A stretch of 54,251 bases of DNA from Phoronis australis (GCA_002633005.1 NMRA01001105.1:1-54251), one strand, 5' to 3'. Shown: positions 34,529 to 49,500, counted from the stretch's first letter. Numbers and translations are program-made. The notes: generated by a model not told the origin, from the letters alone.

Positions 34529-37500
34529 CTGTAAACACAATGAAATTTTACTGTGCAATGGTTATATCTTTGTATTCGTTACTGTTGGCGCGACCACCTC
34601 GCGTACATATCGTTAATTACTACAGCATGAAACATGTATGTCACCAGAATACCTCGCACCACAGTACTAACTTCACATCAATCCTAAACAATATTTCTCC
34701 ACCAAAATGAGGCATTACCCTGACACTCTAGTTCGCTTTACCCGACTCAAACTTGTTGGAATATATAGTTATGATTCAGCCTCCAGATGTTCACAGTGTG
34801 TGGGTGAACCACTTAAATGGGAAATAATCCGATGATTGGTTAACTCGCGGAGATGCAGTTTACGGAGTACAGAAATCAACCTAGTACTTACGATTGATCA
34901 GATCTCGACTTGTCATTGGGTGGCGATTTTCTTTTCCGACAAAGACGAACCCCAATGACAGCGACGAAGACGATGAGAAGTACCAAAGCAGCGGAGATTC
35001 CACCCATTATGTAAGCAAAATGGCTTTTAGTCGGCTGATGTTCTGAAAAGTGTCAAAAATTGACCCTGATTTAAACAGTACACACCATGGATTTTTGCAC
35101 ATTTTGAATTACCGGTGGCCACAGACTAAATGTATGACGTAAAATTTAGCTAAACCCATGTTTATTTTGTGTAATTAGCTCAACATTTTGAATTTTCTTT
35201 CATTTTTGCCAATTTTCACATTTCCCGCCATGTGACGTCATGGGTTGAACACAAGAGATCAGTGACTAGCATTGAACAATGGCGGAGACCAGGGAATTTG
35301 AAAGTGACGATGATTAAGAGCAAGAATTGAACGAATACTATAAAGAAACGTATGGGAATGGTTGCCAGTATGAGGAAATGGGGTTGCACGAAAGCGAGAA
35401 CAAGTTTAATGTGCTTCCGGCTGCGTACTTTTCTACTTTGAGCCTTATGAACTGGATCCTCCCGCGAGAGAAGCGGCCTCGGGCTCGGCGAGTCAACCCA
35501 GTCATCCAACAGACGATCCTGAATTAAGAGCTGATGTTTCTGAATGATAAATATTGTCCTTTATTGAACCAGGCCTTCATCGTAACGTCTCCTGTGACTG
35601 GAGTCGAAACACGAGTCCTCAAAGTGGGCAGAACACAGAGTGGCCCCGGACCGAATCGCTTGGTCCACGATGACGTCCCACACTCTCGTTCGGCGCACGA
35701 AGTCATGCCACTTCTGCGCAACTTTGGTGTCCTTCGGAACACCGAGACGTTTTCCGCCTGGCTGCTGTTGCTGCAGGCTCCGGAAACACATCTTTTGATC
35801 CCTCTACGAACCTTCTCGACGCTAAATTTACTTTGCATTCTCTTCACTCTATACACTTTGTCTCTGATCCGAACGGTATGGCGAACGACTTGGGTTCAAC
35901 CCATGACGTTGTACATAATTATTATTTTTTTCAATTTTTGCGTGTTTCTTTATGAGCTGTGCACTAAAGGCACTGAAATCAAGTAAGATATAATAATAAA
36001 ATTTATTTTGAGGTACTAGAGTCATGTTGTGTTCACTTTAAAAATGCGTACGGCTAGTGTGCCATAATTTGGACCGAGAAAAGTTGTTTTAACCCAATTA
36101 ACTCAGTTGCATCTGGGGATATTTACGATTATTTTTAGTCAAAACCGAAACGGATAAAATATTTTAACGATTTCTTTTCATTTGTTTTCTCGTAAACATT
36201 CAGGAAAGGTGTTTGAGTGTGGAACAATACAGGTATTTCTTAACCAATTTTCACCAGAATGACACGAATTCATTACAGAAATTTTAAATATACAAATCAT
36301 AAAGCAACTTGGCCACATCACGTCACCTAACACGGATTGGAAACCTTAAGCTTCCGCTAGCCGTGAAAATGGTTTAGTTAACTGGGCCACTGGGAAGACC
36401 GGTTGACATTCTTTAGGTCAAGTGATGTGACCACAGGTGACGTGCTGACCAGACTTGGACGTGTTTGCTAAATTACAGAGTTGGATAAGGCCATCAGGCA
36501 ACTTCGATGTTAACTGGATTTGCACGCAAGTGGGCGAGGATGCGTGCACTGTTCACGCTAGCGTTTCCAACGAAGAGAGTTAGTCGTTATTCATGGGCTT
36601 GTCTGAATGTGTATTGGATGAGATAAATGCAGACCTAGACCAGCAAAAAATCATATGTTTGCGTAGGAGTTGCTTCATGACGGACAAAGAGTAAGCTAAC
36701 AAGTTAATGTATGCAAATATCCAAAACAGTGTAAAAGAAAATTGAAATTGTAGTGTACTAGGTTGCATTTCCGATATATAGCCCAGTACCTTGGGAGAGG
36801 TGATTATTGAAATGTTATCAAAATACACAGTGCACTCCCAATAGCAAAAATATGATTAAAATTTTACTTCATTGTGAACTAAATAGACATCAAAGATCTA
36901 ATTGGTTCAAAGTGGCCTAAAAGAAAAAATCATTCACAACGTGGGGTCCATCTTTACTTCACTTTTTTCTCTTAGTTCATCTGTACCTGAACAGAATGTG
37001 CCATTCCCCATGTAACCATTTCGACATGTGCACGAGTAGCTCCCATCAGTGTCCCTACATAGAGCATCAGGGTCGCAGTTGTAGAGTCCAATCGAACACT
37101 CATCAACATCTGGAAGTACATGTACATAGTTTCACATTGGGTAAGCTAGTCACTCATACCGTTCATTCCTTATACATGTATGTCAGTGGTAATCAACGTG
37201 TCTGAGGGATGATCGCCGTTACCAGATTGTTGACATCTACAGCTGTAAGTTAACGACAGCATCAAGAATCTCTCCATAGTGGTCACGTAGCGCAAACCTG
37301 GTCCCGGTCTCTAATCTTTGTACTCGAAACGAACTCGAAACTATTTTTGGCAATTTCTCTGCTCCTTTTATGCGAAATTAAGATAATTGGTTATCAGACT
37401 GTGCTCGAATACATTATAGTTTATGCATAGGAGTTTCTAGTTCAAGTTTGCCCTTGAAGACCCGTATATTCGTGCTACAAACTCGAGTAAAAACTCGAAA

Positions 37501-40500
37501 TTTCGAGTTCAAACTCGAACCTATTGCTTTAATATTGGGTTTACAAAGTGTGAACTAAAGGCAATATATTATCTACCTAAGTTATTGTGTACTCGAGCAT
37601 AGAAAAATAGACACTTATCTTGAGTTCGCCCAAAAGTAGAGTAGAAAATGCCAAACCTAATTTCGAGTTCCATTTCGAGTAAAAAGATTGGAGACCGGGC
37701 CCTGGTCTTTCGGAAGGCGTCTTCGTACAATGCTGTAGGCAGAGTTTCTTCGTGCCCAGTTCATTCACATTTTGTTCGCCTTACTCAGATACATTTACAT
37801 GTAATGTAAATTGTAGATCCAAACCTCCAGGCGGATTGGCTGGGTCCGTTTACTTGTTTCAAATATTATTCCAAAGTGAATGTGACGTAGGACGTTGTGG
37901 CAGTCACAGTATTCCAGACGCGTTTTAAGTTAGTCAGAGTAAGAAATAGAACCGTCAATAAAACAGAACCAGAAAGGTAACGTTGTCTCTGCTTGCGCAA
38001 TAATGACTGCATGAAGAGATTGCTGAAGCGATGTATACGCTTAAACAGGAACAGGAAGAATGCATACACACAACAGTCACAGTCAACTTACTCTGACATT
38101 GCAAAGGCAAACCATTCCATGTTGCATCAGATAAACATTTCAGCGTAGCTTCTCCAGACTTTCTTTCGTAACCAGGCTTGCAAATGTACGTTAGAGCATA
38201 GCCGTATGTGAAAGATGACCCAGTCCTAACTGCATTTATATCTTCGCCACGTGGTTTGGAGCAATCAATACCTGGAATTAGAAGTTCAATGAATAAAAAA
38301 TTACTAGAAATACATTATATCGACAGGATCATAACTGTGAGATATGAAATCACAATAATCATTGAACATTCAGTCGCATGCGAACTCAAGGGTATGTCCA
38401 TATGTAAAAGTACCTGTAGTAAGGTAGTTCCCAGCGTATGTGACCAACACTAGTTGATTTCCAACAACAAAAGATGAGTTGACTGCGAAGGTGGCGTCTA
38501 CGGCTTGGACTGTAGCTTTCATTTTGTCATGGCTTGTTAAGTTGCCAGTCAGCAGTAGTTGTAGATCAACAAAAAGAGAGCCGTTCCTAAACAGAAATGA
38601 CACCATTTCATTAGCCTAAAGTACTGCGGCAGACTCCATTGCGCCATACTCTAAGACAGAAACTATTTGCAAAAAGATAATTGCATCGCCGATCATAGCC
38701 ATCTTTCACTTCATGGTGAAGTCACGAACCAAAAAATGATGCAAACCGGAAATGTATTGATATAAATTTATGCAACAGACAATCATTTCAGCAGAACTAA
38801 CATTCACGTAAGATAATTAATATTCTTACCGTAAATGAGTGATTCTGATGTCCTTGAAATGCTTAATGGCTTCACTGTATCGTTGAATGAGCTAGAAAAT
38901 AAATATATACCAGTTAACACATATCAAATTTCATCTAAAGTGCTAGAAACGGTGGGGCGCATATTAGCGCATATACATTTCCGGACTTGTATAAGTGCAT
39001 AGTAAAAACGCCATTGAAAATGAGCGGACGCTATACCTGTTCGCAATTCATCTTTTTACTAGATAGCCTAGGGACTACTGTTACTAAATATAAGTCAAAA
39101 TAACTGGTGGAAATTAACTTATATATGCTGTACATGTGCAAGCATTACACATAAAAAGTGACTTATAGCATAATATCCTGAACGACAACACCTGTATATT
39201 TGGCCCCTGCAGTATATTGAGAACATGGCTCTGAGCCTACTAGTGCCTTAAATCACCAAATGTAGCGGTTTGCTAGGCGTATTGGTTTGCTTTTATTATT
39301 GAACTTTTTATTTTATCAAGGATTTGCTAGAACTAAGTGGTAAGCCCAATACATTTAAAATAACAAAAAATTCCGTTGTAGTTAACTTTAATTGTTAGTT
39401 TAAGATATCGTGTAACACATGTAGAAACCAGACCAGCATTCGTCTGACTGGTTAAGTATGTCAAGTGAAACGAACACTGTTCAAAACAACGCTGCAAAAA
39501 GTTATCAAGAATAACAATATTCAACAGTATGTGAGCGCCGGTGTCGCAATAGTGGCCTTGTTGAAAGAGCGTTTGTTTGGAATAAGCGTGGGCTAAAAAA
39601 TGTCTTCGAAAAAAATAAACGCACGAGAGCAGTTACGCAAAACTTCGGTATAGCTTTATCAGTGAATCTCAGTTGAAGTTGGTAACACGGTGTGCATTCA
39701 ATATGGAAAGTTTTTAAAGTGATTCTTCGTAAGCCTACTGACTGGAAGTACACGACGGTGTGTGATAATAAGCAACGCACTGTACATGTGTACTCACTGC
39801 CGTGTAAAGGTCTTTCAAAAGCAGCTGTGTTACGGGGTCGGAGAGGTTCTTGTAGTTTGCTTTATACTCCAAAGACAGTCTCATCGTAATATTAACGCGA
39901 GAGGTCGTTCCTGCAAGCAGATGGCTTTTGATATGTGTCATTCCGTGATAACGTCAATTAAACGAGGCAAGGTGAGGGTGGCAGGTTTGAATTATGTAAG
40001 TATCTCAGCTAGATCTGGGAAAAACAGGAAATTAGTTTTAAAAACAATAGGTTGTGCATCATTTATGACAATTGAAAACATTTTGAGCATGGTCTGCACT
40101 CCACCTATTGGTCGAATCACCCGACCTAACGAACAAGAGCCTGCTAAGATTTGTGCCGCCGACCTGGACTCCAACACTGGACCTTTCTTCTACCCGTGAA
40201 GTGGATCTGGCAACTGAGTCAGACTTTTGTTATCCACATGTATATTTTCATGCCGGTGTAACATTTACGTTGGGGACCTTTGTTCAAAACCTGGCTTCGG
40301 TGCAGTGTTGTTGTGGGGCGTAGGCAAACGTAGGCGCAGCCAATCATCGTTTTGCTTTTTAACGTAGAGCTTAACCACCGTAAGGTACGGTAGTGGGGCG
40401 TAAGAGCAAGTAGTTGCAGCCAACAACCTTTTTACATTTTATAGTAGCAACCAAATTTTTACATTTTAATGCAGGGTGTACGCGGCATAGTGGGGTATAT

Positions 40501-43500
40501 TCTCGGTACGATAATACACGGCATCAATGCGAGACGCTAAGGGCAAACTTCAAACTTCAATGGACACCGAAAAATCTTCCCCAACCCCTCCAATATTCAG
40601 CATAATGAATCCTTAAGTCTATGTTTTTCTCGCTAGCTATCGGCAAATTGCAGAGTTGTCTCCCATAAATCAAAATTCCTCGGAAAACCCCTTCTTGTGT
40701 ATATTTCTGTGGGGGAATAGTTAGCTGCTGGCGCGCATGCGCACTGCCTATGTCAGATATGTCTGGCGTTGCTGAAAAACCTGTTGCGGAAACCAATTTC
40801 CACCCTTAATTGTTATCCATTTCCAGCGTTATTTAGTTGGAACCCTAACTTTGTGATTTTATCTGAAATCCATAAGCTACATGTAAACAGTACCTCAAGA
40901 CCATCAGCCTTGAACATTATCACATAGGTGTAGAGCTTCATGCAACAATTACGAAAGGATTTTTAGTACAGAGGTCAATTTTCAAAGTATCCGCTGTTAC
41001 AATGGATAATATTGTGTAACTACTACTGTACAATCACGTACTGGAACATTCCAATGGATTTCCAGTCCAATTTCCCTCGGAACTGCAGATTCGCTTTACG
41101 TTACCACCCGACATTTCAAATCCAGTGTCGCACCAGTAAGTTGCAACCCCTTCGTACTCCTGCGACGTACTTCTAACGGACGAATTGGTGTTGGCACTAG
41201 GTGGTCCGCACTTCTTTCCTTAAAACCAGAAGAATGACACGGACCTGCTTTAGTACAAATAACCACTTTAAACTCATTTCCGATGCTATCTGTGGTACAA
41301 AATAATGTAGTACATTTACGTGGTTAGAACAGCAAACAATGACATTACATTATCACATTATTTAATATCATGATATACAACAGTTTCATATTATTTTACT
41401 ACCTACTAGAACATTCCATAGGATTGCCTGTCCACTGTGCACCCACGTCGCAGAATCGAGTAACGTTGCCCCCGGACTGTTCATACCCAGCGTCACATGA
41501 GTAAGATGCTACTCCTTCGTACTCATGTGATGTGCTAGTGACCATTGAATTTGGGTTAATATTTGGGTCACCGCATGTCTTTCTTGCAAGCCAATAACAT
41601 GTCACAGATATTAAACTTTGAGTTACCCGTTCTGAACACGTATATTAGAGTAAAGCTCAAATTTATGCACTTAAACAAACCGAGGAACACAAACTAACAC
41701 ATGTACACACACACGCGCGCGCGCTCATATACACACGCGTATGCATGTATATTTGCATCAATGCAAGACTGTCGGAAACGTGTAAACTAATAGATTGTCA
41801 GACTGGATATCGACCAAATGTATTGCATTACGTACTAGAGCATGTCACAGGTGTTCCAGTCCACTTCCCGTCCGTTCCGCAGAATCGAGTTACGTTACCT
41901 CCGGAGTGTTCGAACCCAGCGTTGCACGAATAAGTGGCCAATCCTTCGTACTCCTGGGAAGTACTGCTCGCAGATGAATTGGCGTTGAGTGGTGGAGCTC
42001 CGCATTTTTTTCCTGAAATTCAAGAGCGTAGTAGAAACTTTCTTAATTGTGTTGACCATATGAAACACTCTAGCACAGGATACGCTAGTAGCTAAGACAT
42101 CAGCAGATTGAGATAAAAAACACGTGAATATTATGCATATTTCCCTCCTACATCCCATTTACTTACTGGAACATTCGACAGGATTGCCATTCCAACGTGC
42201 ATCAGCATCACAGATTCGCGTAACGTTACCTCCTGACTGTTCAAACCCGTCATCACACGAGTATGTTGCTACACCTTCGTACATCTCTGAAGTGGTAGTG
42301 ACTGTTGAATTGGCGTTCGCAGTTGGTCGACCGCATTTCTTTCCTGCAAGTCAACAAAATATCATACTAATCAGAACTTGGGTTATCTGAACATGTACAA
42401 CGCTGTAAACATGTAACTCAAACTTAAATGCACACATGCAACTGCAACTTTTCTTAGTACAAAACATCAATCCAAGATACACCATATATTTTGTCGCTGG
42501 GCACCCTTTGAACACTTGTTCTGTCACGTACTGGAGCACTCCAGAAGATTTCCAGTCCAATTTCCGTCCGTGCCGCACAATCGTGTTATGTTTCCACCCG
42601 ACTGTTGAAACCCAACTTCGCATGAATACGTGGCCACTCCTTCGTACTCCTGCGAAGTGCTGCTCACAGATGAATTGACGTCGAATGGTGGAGGTCCGCA
42701 TTTTTTTCCTGAAATACAGGGTGTGTTAGAAAACGTTTTACTAGTGCTGATTGTTGAACACGATGTCACAGGACATACATGTATAATTTGGCATAAAAAA
42801 CACTAGAAAATTGAGATCAAATTGACGCATTTACATCAGATATATTTTTCTGACAGTTTCTCCGTTACGTACTGGAACATTCTATAGCAGCACCAGACCA
42901 CGTCCCATCAGTGTCACAGATACGCGTTAAGTTTCCACCTGATTGATCAAACCCGGCGTTGCACGAATAGGTCGCCACTCCTTGGTACACCCACGACGTA
43001 CTATTCACGGATGAATTTGCGTTGAATGGTGGAGGTCCACAGTGTTTCCCTGAAATTGGAGCTGTTATGTACTGATCTGTGACCACTTTCACCGTGTTGA
43101 TTTTTACGGATAATGTGAGATTTCAAATTTACATCGGAGTTAGGTATACAAGGTATCAAAATCAGGAACGCCAGGCGACAGTATACTGAGGTGTACGATC
43201 TTCAGGCATTAAACAATTGATCTGGAAATTCAAGCCAAAGAGAAATTCAGTTAAATATGGTACGACAAAACATTTAGCATGTATCTTAATTCAACAGCTA
43301 GCTTAACAAGTGGACAATTACCTACATTTACGTGACAGGTCTTGATTTTGGTTGTATAGCTTGAATCGGTGATACCCATGTATCCGTTTTTTAGCCCATC
43401 AACGAGTCAATTGCACCGGGCGACAGAGAAAGTAAATGTCATGAAACATGTTCAGTTGGTGCAAGCCCAATCTCAATGGGCTACTGGCACACCACAGATT

Positions 43501-46500
43501 GTCATTTTTGGTCTAGTTCATTCATTTGTCACTCCCTGTAACAGACTGTATCTGTGCTTCATTACTTGTTGCTGGGCCTAGCTAGATGGCCACGGCATTC
43601 TCTCTTCTGATGATGGTGTTTGAATAAATGACACCGAAACATGTCAACTCGAGTTAAAACCATTGTTGTTTTCTTTAAAAGGGTATAATTGTTTTGAATT
43701 TTTGGCGATCGTGTACTGGGACATTCGAACGGATTTTATACGATCTGTTGACTTATTTTTATATAAATTTGTGAATTTTCGTGCTACGTTAGATATTCAG
43801 GTAATACGCTTTTGGTATGTATGGAAAGATATTGAAGGCAGGCGTGTTGACTAGGGAAAAAACGAAAAACACATGATGTTAGTACACCTGTCATGTGTAG
43901 TTTTAGAATATCGGCAAGGATGGTTTGAACACAAAGACTCACAAATTGGCAATGTCTCATAAAATACACAGAACAAAAAGACACCTTCAGCTTGTGAATA
44001 CATGCGTACCTGTGTTACAGTGATGGGTAACATTTTGTCCAACAGCTTCAGTACTGGGACTTTGCATAGTACATTATGAGAATTTTTTATAGGTATTTAT
44101 TATCATTTACAAACAATTAGAAAAACAAACAAACAAATAAGTACACCATACATTCACGTATGCACACCTCAGGAAGACCATTCTCATATCTCGTTTAAAG
44201 TAAATATCTTCTACATGAAGTTAACATAAACAATAAAATTTTCCCATTTCGCAGAGAAGCTGTCATATACAGAGTTTTTATGTGCATTTAATTTCTGCTT
44301 GTAAATGTACTGCTTAGCTAGTAGAAGCAAAGTGTTATATAGAAAATCATGCGTCTTAAATGCCACACTTTTAAAGTAGCTTCCCGAATTCCTTCCAGAA
44401 ATCTTGTACAAACTACATTTACATTCCCAAAAAGGTGTGACAGCGTCTCTGGACCTTTATTACAAAAAGAACATAGATCAGAATCCCTAACACATATTTT
44501 GACTAAAAAGTTATTTGTTGCAATAATTCTATATAGTATTCTAAATTGGAACCATCTAAAATGGGGATGCTTTGTAATTTTGTAAGGTAAAGCATATATT
44601 TTCTTCCAATCTAAACTATCTCCTAGCTCTATTTCCCATTTACACTCTGACTTAGGTTTCTTAACGTTATTAAAGACTGAACAAATATGTCTACAACCCT
44701 TCAAATCTTTCTGTAAGTGAGTAATTGCTAAAGGCATGCAAGTAGAGTAGACATTAACAGTTTTAAATGTACTTTGAAATAGACTTTTTGAAACCTTCTT
44801 AGAGCAGAAACAACACCATTATCTTCTACAAAGTTGGTTTTCACTTCGAACCTATTTTTCATATTGTTTAGGCTAACAAAATTACCATCAGAGGTATAAA
44901 TATCTCTAATAAATCTTAAGCCTTTTACAAAGCAAGGCTTACATAAAACACCCGTGCCTCCGATCGCCAAGTTACTATTAAACCACAGAGGTTGGTTCAA
45001 AAAGTCCTCTTTACTCGCAGCAATTATTTTCTTGTAGAAAGATAACACACTTCCAAATACGTCGCGCCAGTAGGAATTACCAATTAGAGTTAACTTCGAC
45101 TTAATAAAGTAATCTCTATATGAAGCAAAATTCTTTAAGAACGGGTAGAGTGAGTACAGTAATACACCACTTTTAGACGCTGGGCTTTCAAGATATCTAC
45201 GGGCCATAGCGAGTTCTAAAGCTTTGCTAAAAGTATGCATATTAACCATTTGAATTCCCCCTTGATCAAGTCCTAAACAGGCCGTACATGTAGTTCGTTT
45301 AATTTTATCAAAGCGGGCTTGCCATACAAATCTAAAAAATGTTGTATTCAATTCACCCAAGACTTTCACTGGTGCATTTGGTAAACTTGACAACAAAAAA
45401 ACAAAAAAAAGTTTAGAAATAGCTAATGTTTAATTACCTTTACTCTACCAAACGGCGTTAAATTTCGTCGACTCCAACTTTTTAGTAAAGACTTGATCTC
45501 AGATATTCTTGCAGTGAAGTTCTTATGCCTCATACTATCCAGTTGAGTGTTAAAGTCCACCCCTAAAAATCTAAAAGATTTTTTTGTCCACGACAGACTT
45601 TCTTTTGTAGGAATCACGTCATCACTACCAGTTTTACTTCCAAACCATATGGCTTTTGTTTTATCCACATTCACTTGGAGGCCGGAGACACTAGCAAACA
45701 AATGTAGTACATTCAGTGTGGTAGTCAATGACAAATTCGACCCATCCAACGTAATTGATGTGTCGTCCGCATATTGAGAAATCAAATATTCCTTATTCCC
45801 AGCAACTACACCAGCAATATTTTTATTATTCTTGATTAAATACGCCAAAATCTCCGCGCACAATATAAAATTGTAGGGAGACAAAGGGTCACCTTGTGTG
45901 CAGCCACGAGAAATATTGAACCAACAAGATGGGTGACCATTTACGACAACACAGGACTTAATATTACTGTAAAAGACTTTCACCCACCTTCTGATCGACC
46001 AACCAAAATTAAGGAAAGATGAACTTTTTTGAATAAAATTCCACGACAATGAATCAAATGCTTTCTCAAAATCAATCAGTAAAAGCAATCCAGGTTTGTT
46101 AGCTCCCTTGGGCATAAAACATTACATCATATAGCACTCGGATATTTTCGTTCATATTTCTTCCAGAAACGAAACCTGTCTGGTCCTTACTGATTACTTT
46201 TCCCAAAACGGATTTTAACCGTTCAGCTACTGCCAAAGAAGTCAATTTATATGTCACATTGAGTAAGATATGTGTCTCCAGTTTTTCAAATAATATTTAC
46301 TTTTATCTGCTCCCTTATGAATGCAGTTGATCACTCCCTCTTTCTGTCGTGAGTATAACTGGCCAACAGCAATCAACGAGCGAACAACGAAAAGTCCAAT
46401 GTCAGCTCAAAAAAAAATTCAAAAATTCCACTGAAAAACCATCAGAGCCTGGGATTTCGTTGTTTTTCATTTTTTTTTTCAAGCATTGTGTGACTTCTTC

Positions 46501-49500
46501 GTATGTAAGAAGACCTTCTATTTTTTTCTTTTTCTGTCTCATTCAGCTTGGAGACACAAACATTATCAAGAAGAGTATTTAAAGAAGTATTGTTAGACTG
46601 TCTATATTTGTATGGATTTTCATAAAACGTTTTGGTTTCCTGAATAACCTCTTCTTCACTATTGGTTTTAGTATTGCCAGATTTCCACAAAAAAGGCATA
46701 AACTTACTTGTGTAATGCCTATTTTCCAAGTGAAGAAAATATTTGGAAGGCTTTTCACCTTCTTCAATCCATCTTGCTTTTGACTTAGTCATAAGACCTC
46801 TTAACTTATTTTGCCTTAGCTCGGTAAGTAAATTAATTTTTTGTTCCAGTAGTTCCCTGTCAAGGCCTTAGACTTTTTTCCAACAAGCTTACTTCTTTGA
46901 TAAGTTGCTGTTCAACTCTATCACTTTTTCTTTTTAAGTAAGTAGCAAACGAAATTGTTTTGCCGCGAATCTCCATCAACAACGTTTCAAGAAAAAGTTG
47001 ATCATTTATAGACAATTTTAAATCTGAATTACTTGTACTATCAACAGTCTGAATGTCGTCAGTCATATACTGTTCTTTAACTAATTAATAGTATTCTTGA
47101 CTGCAGCAATATACTCAGAGTTGTTTAGGAGAGAATTATTAAACTTCCAAATGATTTTGTACTCCTGGAAACATCACTTTAAAAAACGGTCACCATTGAA
47201 TGATCGGGACGGTAACCGAATTCTATTATTCAGTCGTCAATATCAGCTAAAAGGCTTTCAGAAATTAGAGAAAATCTAGTCTGGATCGTTTACATCCAGC
47301 TCTCCAAGTATATTCTTTACTACTGGGGTTACGTTTCCGCAACACATCAACAATAGACAAATCTGTACAAATCTCCATCAACTTAATCCGTGACTTCGGG
47401 TTATTAACCTGTCGATAATTAAGCGTGTCCTTAGACTGATCGAGAGCAAGATTAAAATCGCCTGCCCAAATAACAGAGTAATTTCCTATATCTTGAAATA
47501 TCTTGTTTTATTCTTTCAAAAAATGACGGCGAGTCCCTATTTGGACAAGACGTATCAATTAACGTAACTCTTGTCTCATTAATAGTAATATCCAAAGTTT
47601 ATTTGTTACCATTGTAGTCTTGCCTAATGTTATGTAATGTATACTCAAATGTGTTCTTAAAGAGGATCGCCACTTCAGGGAAGTTCGAGGTATTTGAATT
47701 AACTAAAAACATTCATATCCCCACATTGATCTAGTATTGTTTTCTTCTCTCTTAGTAAAGTGTGTGTCCTGTAGGCAATAGATGGAGTATTGTTTTTCTC
47801 GTAAATTATTAAGTACATCTTTTCGTTTTTCATGGAGACCCAGCCGTATGCAGTTCAATGACGTTACTTTAAGTTCACCTGTGATCATTACAACGGTTAT
47901 GCACATATATCAAATGACAATCAAATAATAATGGTACAATCCTGACCCATTCACACCACATACACACAAAACAAAACAAAAAAATACAAACACATCCACG
48001 AGCACATCATAGATTTCACAGAGTACAACGTCGATGTGAAATATGATGTAACATAGGATAGAAAACACTTGAAAACTGGTCCTCATGGTAAAGCTTACTT
48101 TCCCAGTATTTTTCATAATGAGACTATAATAAAAACATTTAGAAACATTGCCCACACGGTCTCATACGAAAAACAAGTAGAACGAAATTTAAGGATAAGT
48201 ACATTTCAGTAAAGTGATTTGGCTCTATAGTATGCGTTTGAGACTTGTCGGGACTCCCGCACTGAGCAAACAGGTCACACACATATTTAATAAAGTTATG
48301 AGAAATTTAAGTCAAGAAGAGTCAGATATCCATGTTGCACTTCACGAACGCTTCTCATGCAAAAATAAATGGAACACATTTACCGGGAACCGTCTGGTCA
48401 ACAATACTTTTCTACTGTATAAGAACCGAAAATGCCTATGTTAAAGTCATGAATACGTAATAATCCAGCTAGCAGACGAAGACTTTAATACAAAAACTGA
48501 AGAATTTGACTTCACTAGCCTAACTTTACTAAGCTGAAATTGTGTAAGTAGATAGTATCTTGAAATTTTATTTTTATGGCTATCAAAGCGTCTGCAAGCT
48601 TGCATTCGCCGAAGGAAGTTATTTTGGTTTAGTCGATTTAACTTTTACCGGCTCCAAAGGTGATAATTGATTATTAATTTTGGTAGGAACTGGAGGCTAT
48701 TTATAGCTCGATAACATGCTCGGCAAATACAAGCCGTAACAAATAACTGTGTAGGGATTGGTCTTAAGCAGGAAATAAAGATTGCAAATAGATTATGTGG
48801 TGTTCTTTGACAATGACGCACAATTACTGTGGGCAGTTTTGCAGAACAAAATGAAGATAAAACATAAGTGTGATGCCTTACAATATAAAATGAATACAAC
48901 ATGTACATGTTATGACAGAAGGTGGCAGCACTCGCCGGTGTAAGTTAACAATCACTACATATTAAAATCTTAAGGGCCACTTTTTTGACTAGAGGACAAC
49001 TGTAGACCAATTTCGAAGCGATCTAAACTTTCGTGACGGAGGACAGAATTGCGGCAGCTCTTACATATTCGATATTGTTATATTTACCTGAGCATCAGTA
49101 TGACTGATACGGTAACTTACGGTTGCATGATGGTGCTGAAATCGGACTCCACGATCCCGCACCATTACATGTAGAACGGTTGCGTCCCACAAGTTCATAA
49201 CCCGGATGACAAATAAATGTAACACTGTCTCCTGGCTTGTGACCATCTAGCTGTATTTCGCCATTTGCAATGTTAGTAATTGGTAATGGCGGACAGCGAA
49301 CGATTTCTGAAACTATAATCAAGGTTCTTTACTAAAAGTCTGAAACTGTTACGGCAAACTGCTGAGAATGATTAGAATGATCGACATAGTTTGGTATGAA
49401 GAAGGCTTCACGTGACCTGTGGTATACATATTTTAAGCACATAAAAATATGCTCGTGAAACGCTGCAGAAAGATCACTATTTGTCAATTGCCACAAAAGG

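Noticed and set aside
35534-35986. 150-aa plus-strand ORF
   Set aside because: Antisense shadow of the THAP relic; no domain features.
39762-40323. Plus-strand ORFs of 145 and 71 aa
   Set aside because: Overlap a SEA exon in antisense and intron sequence; no recognisable domain.
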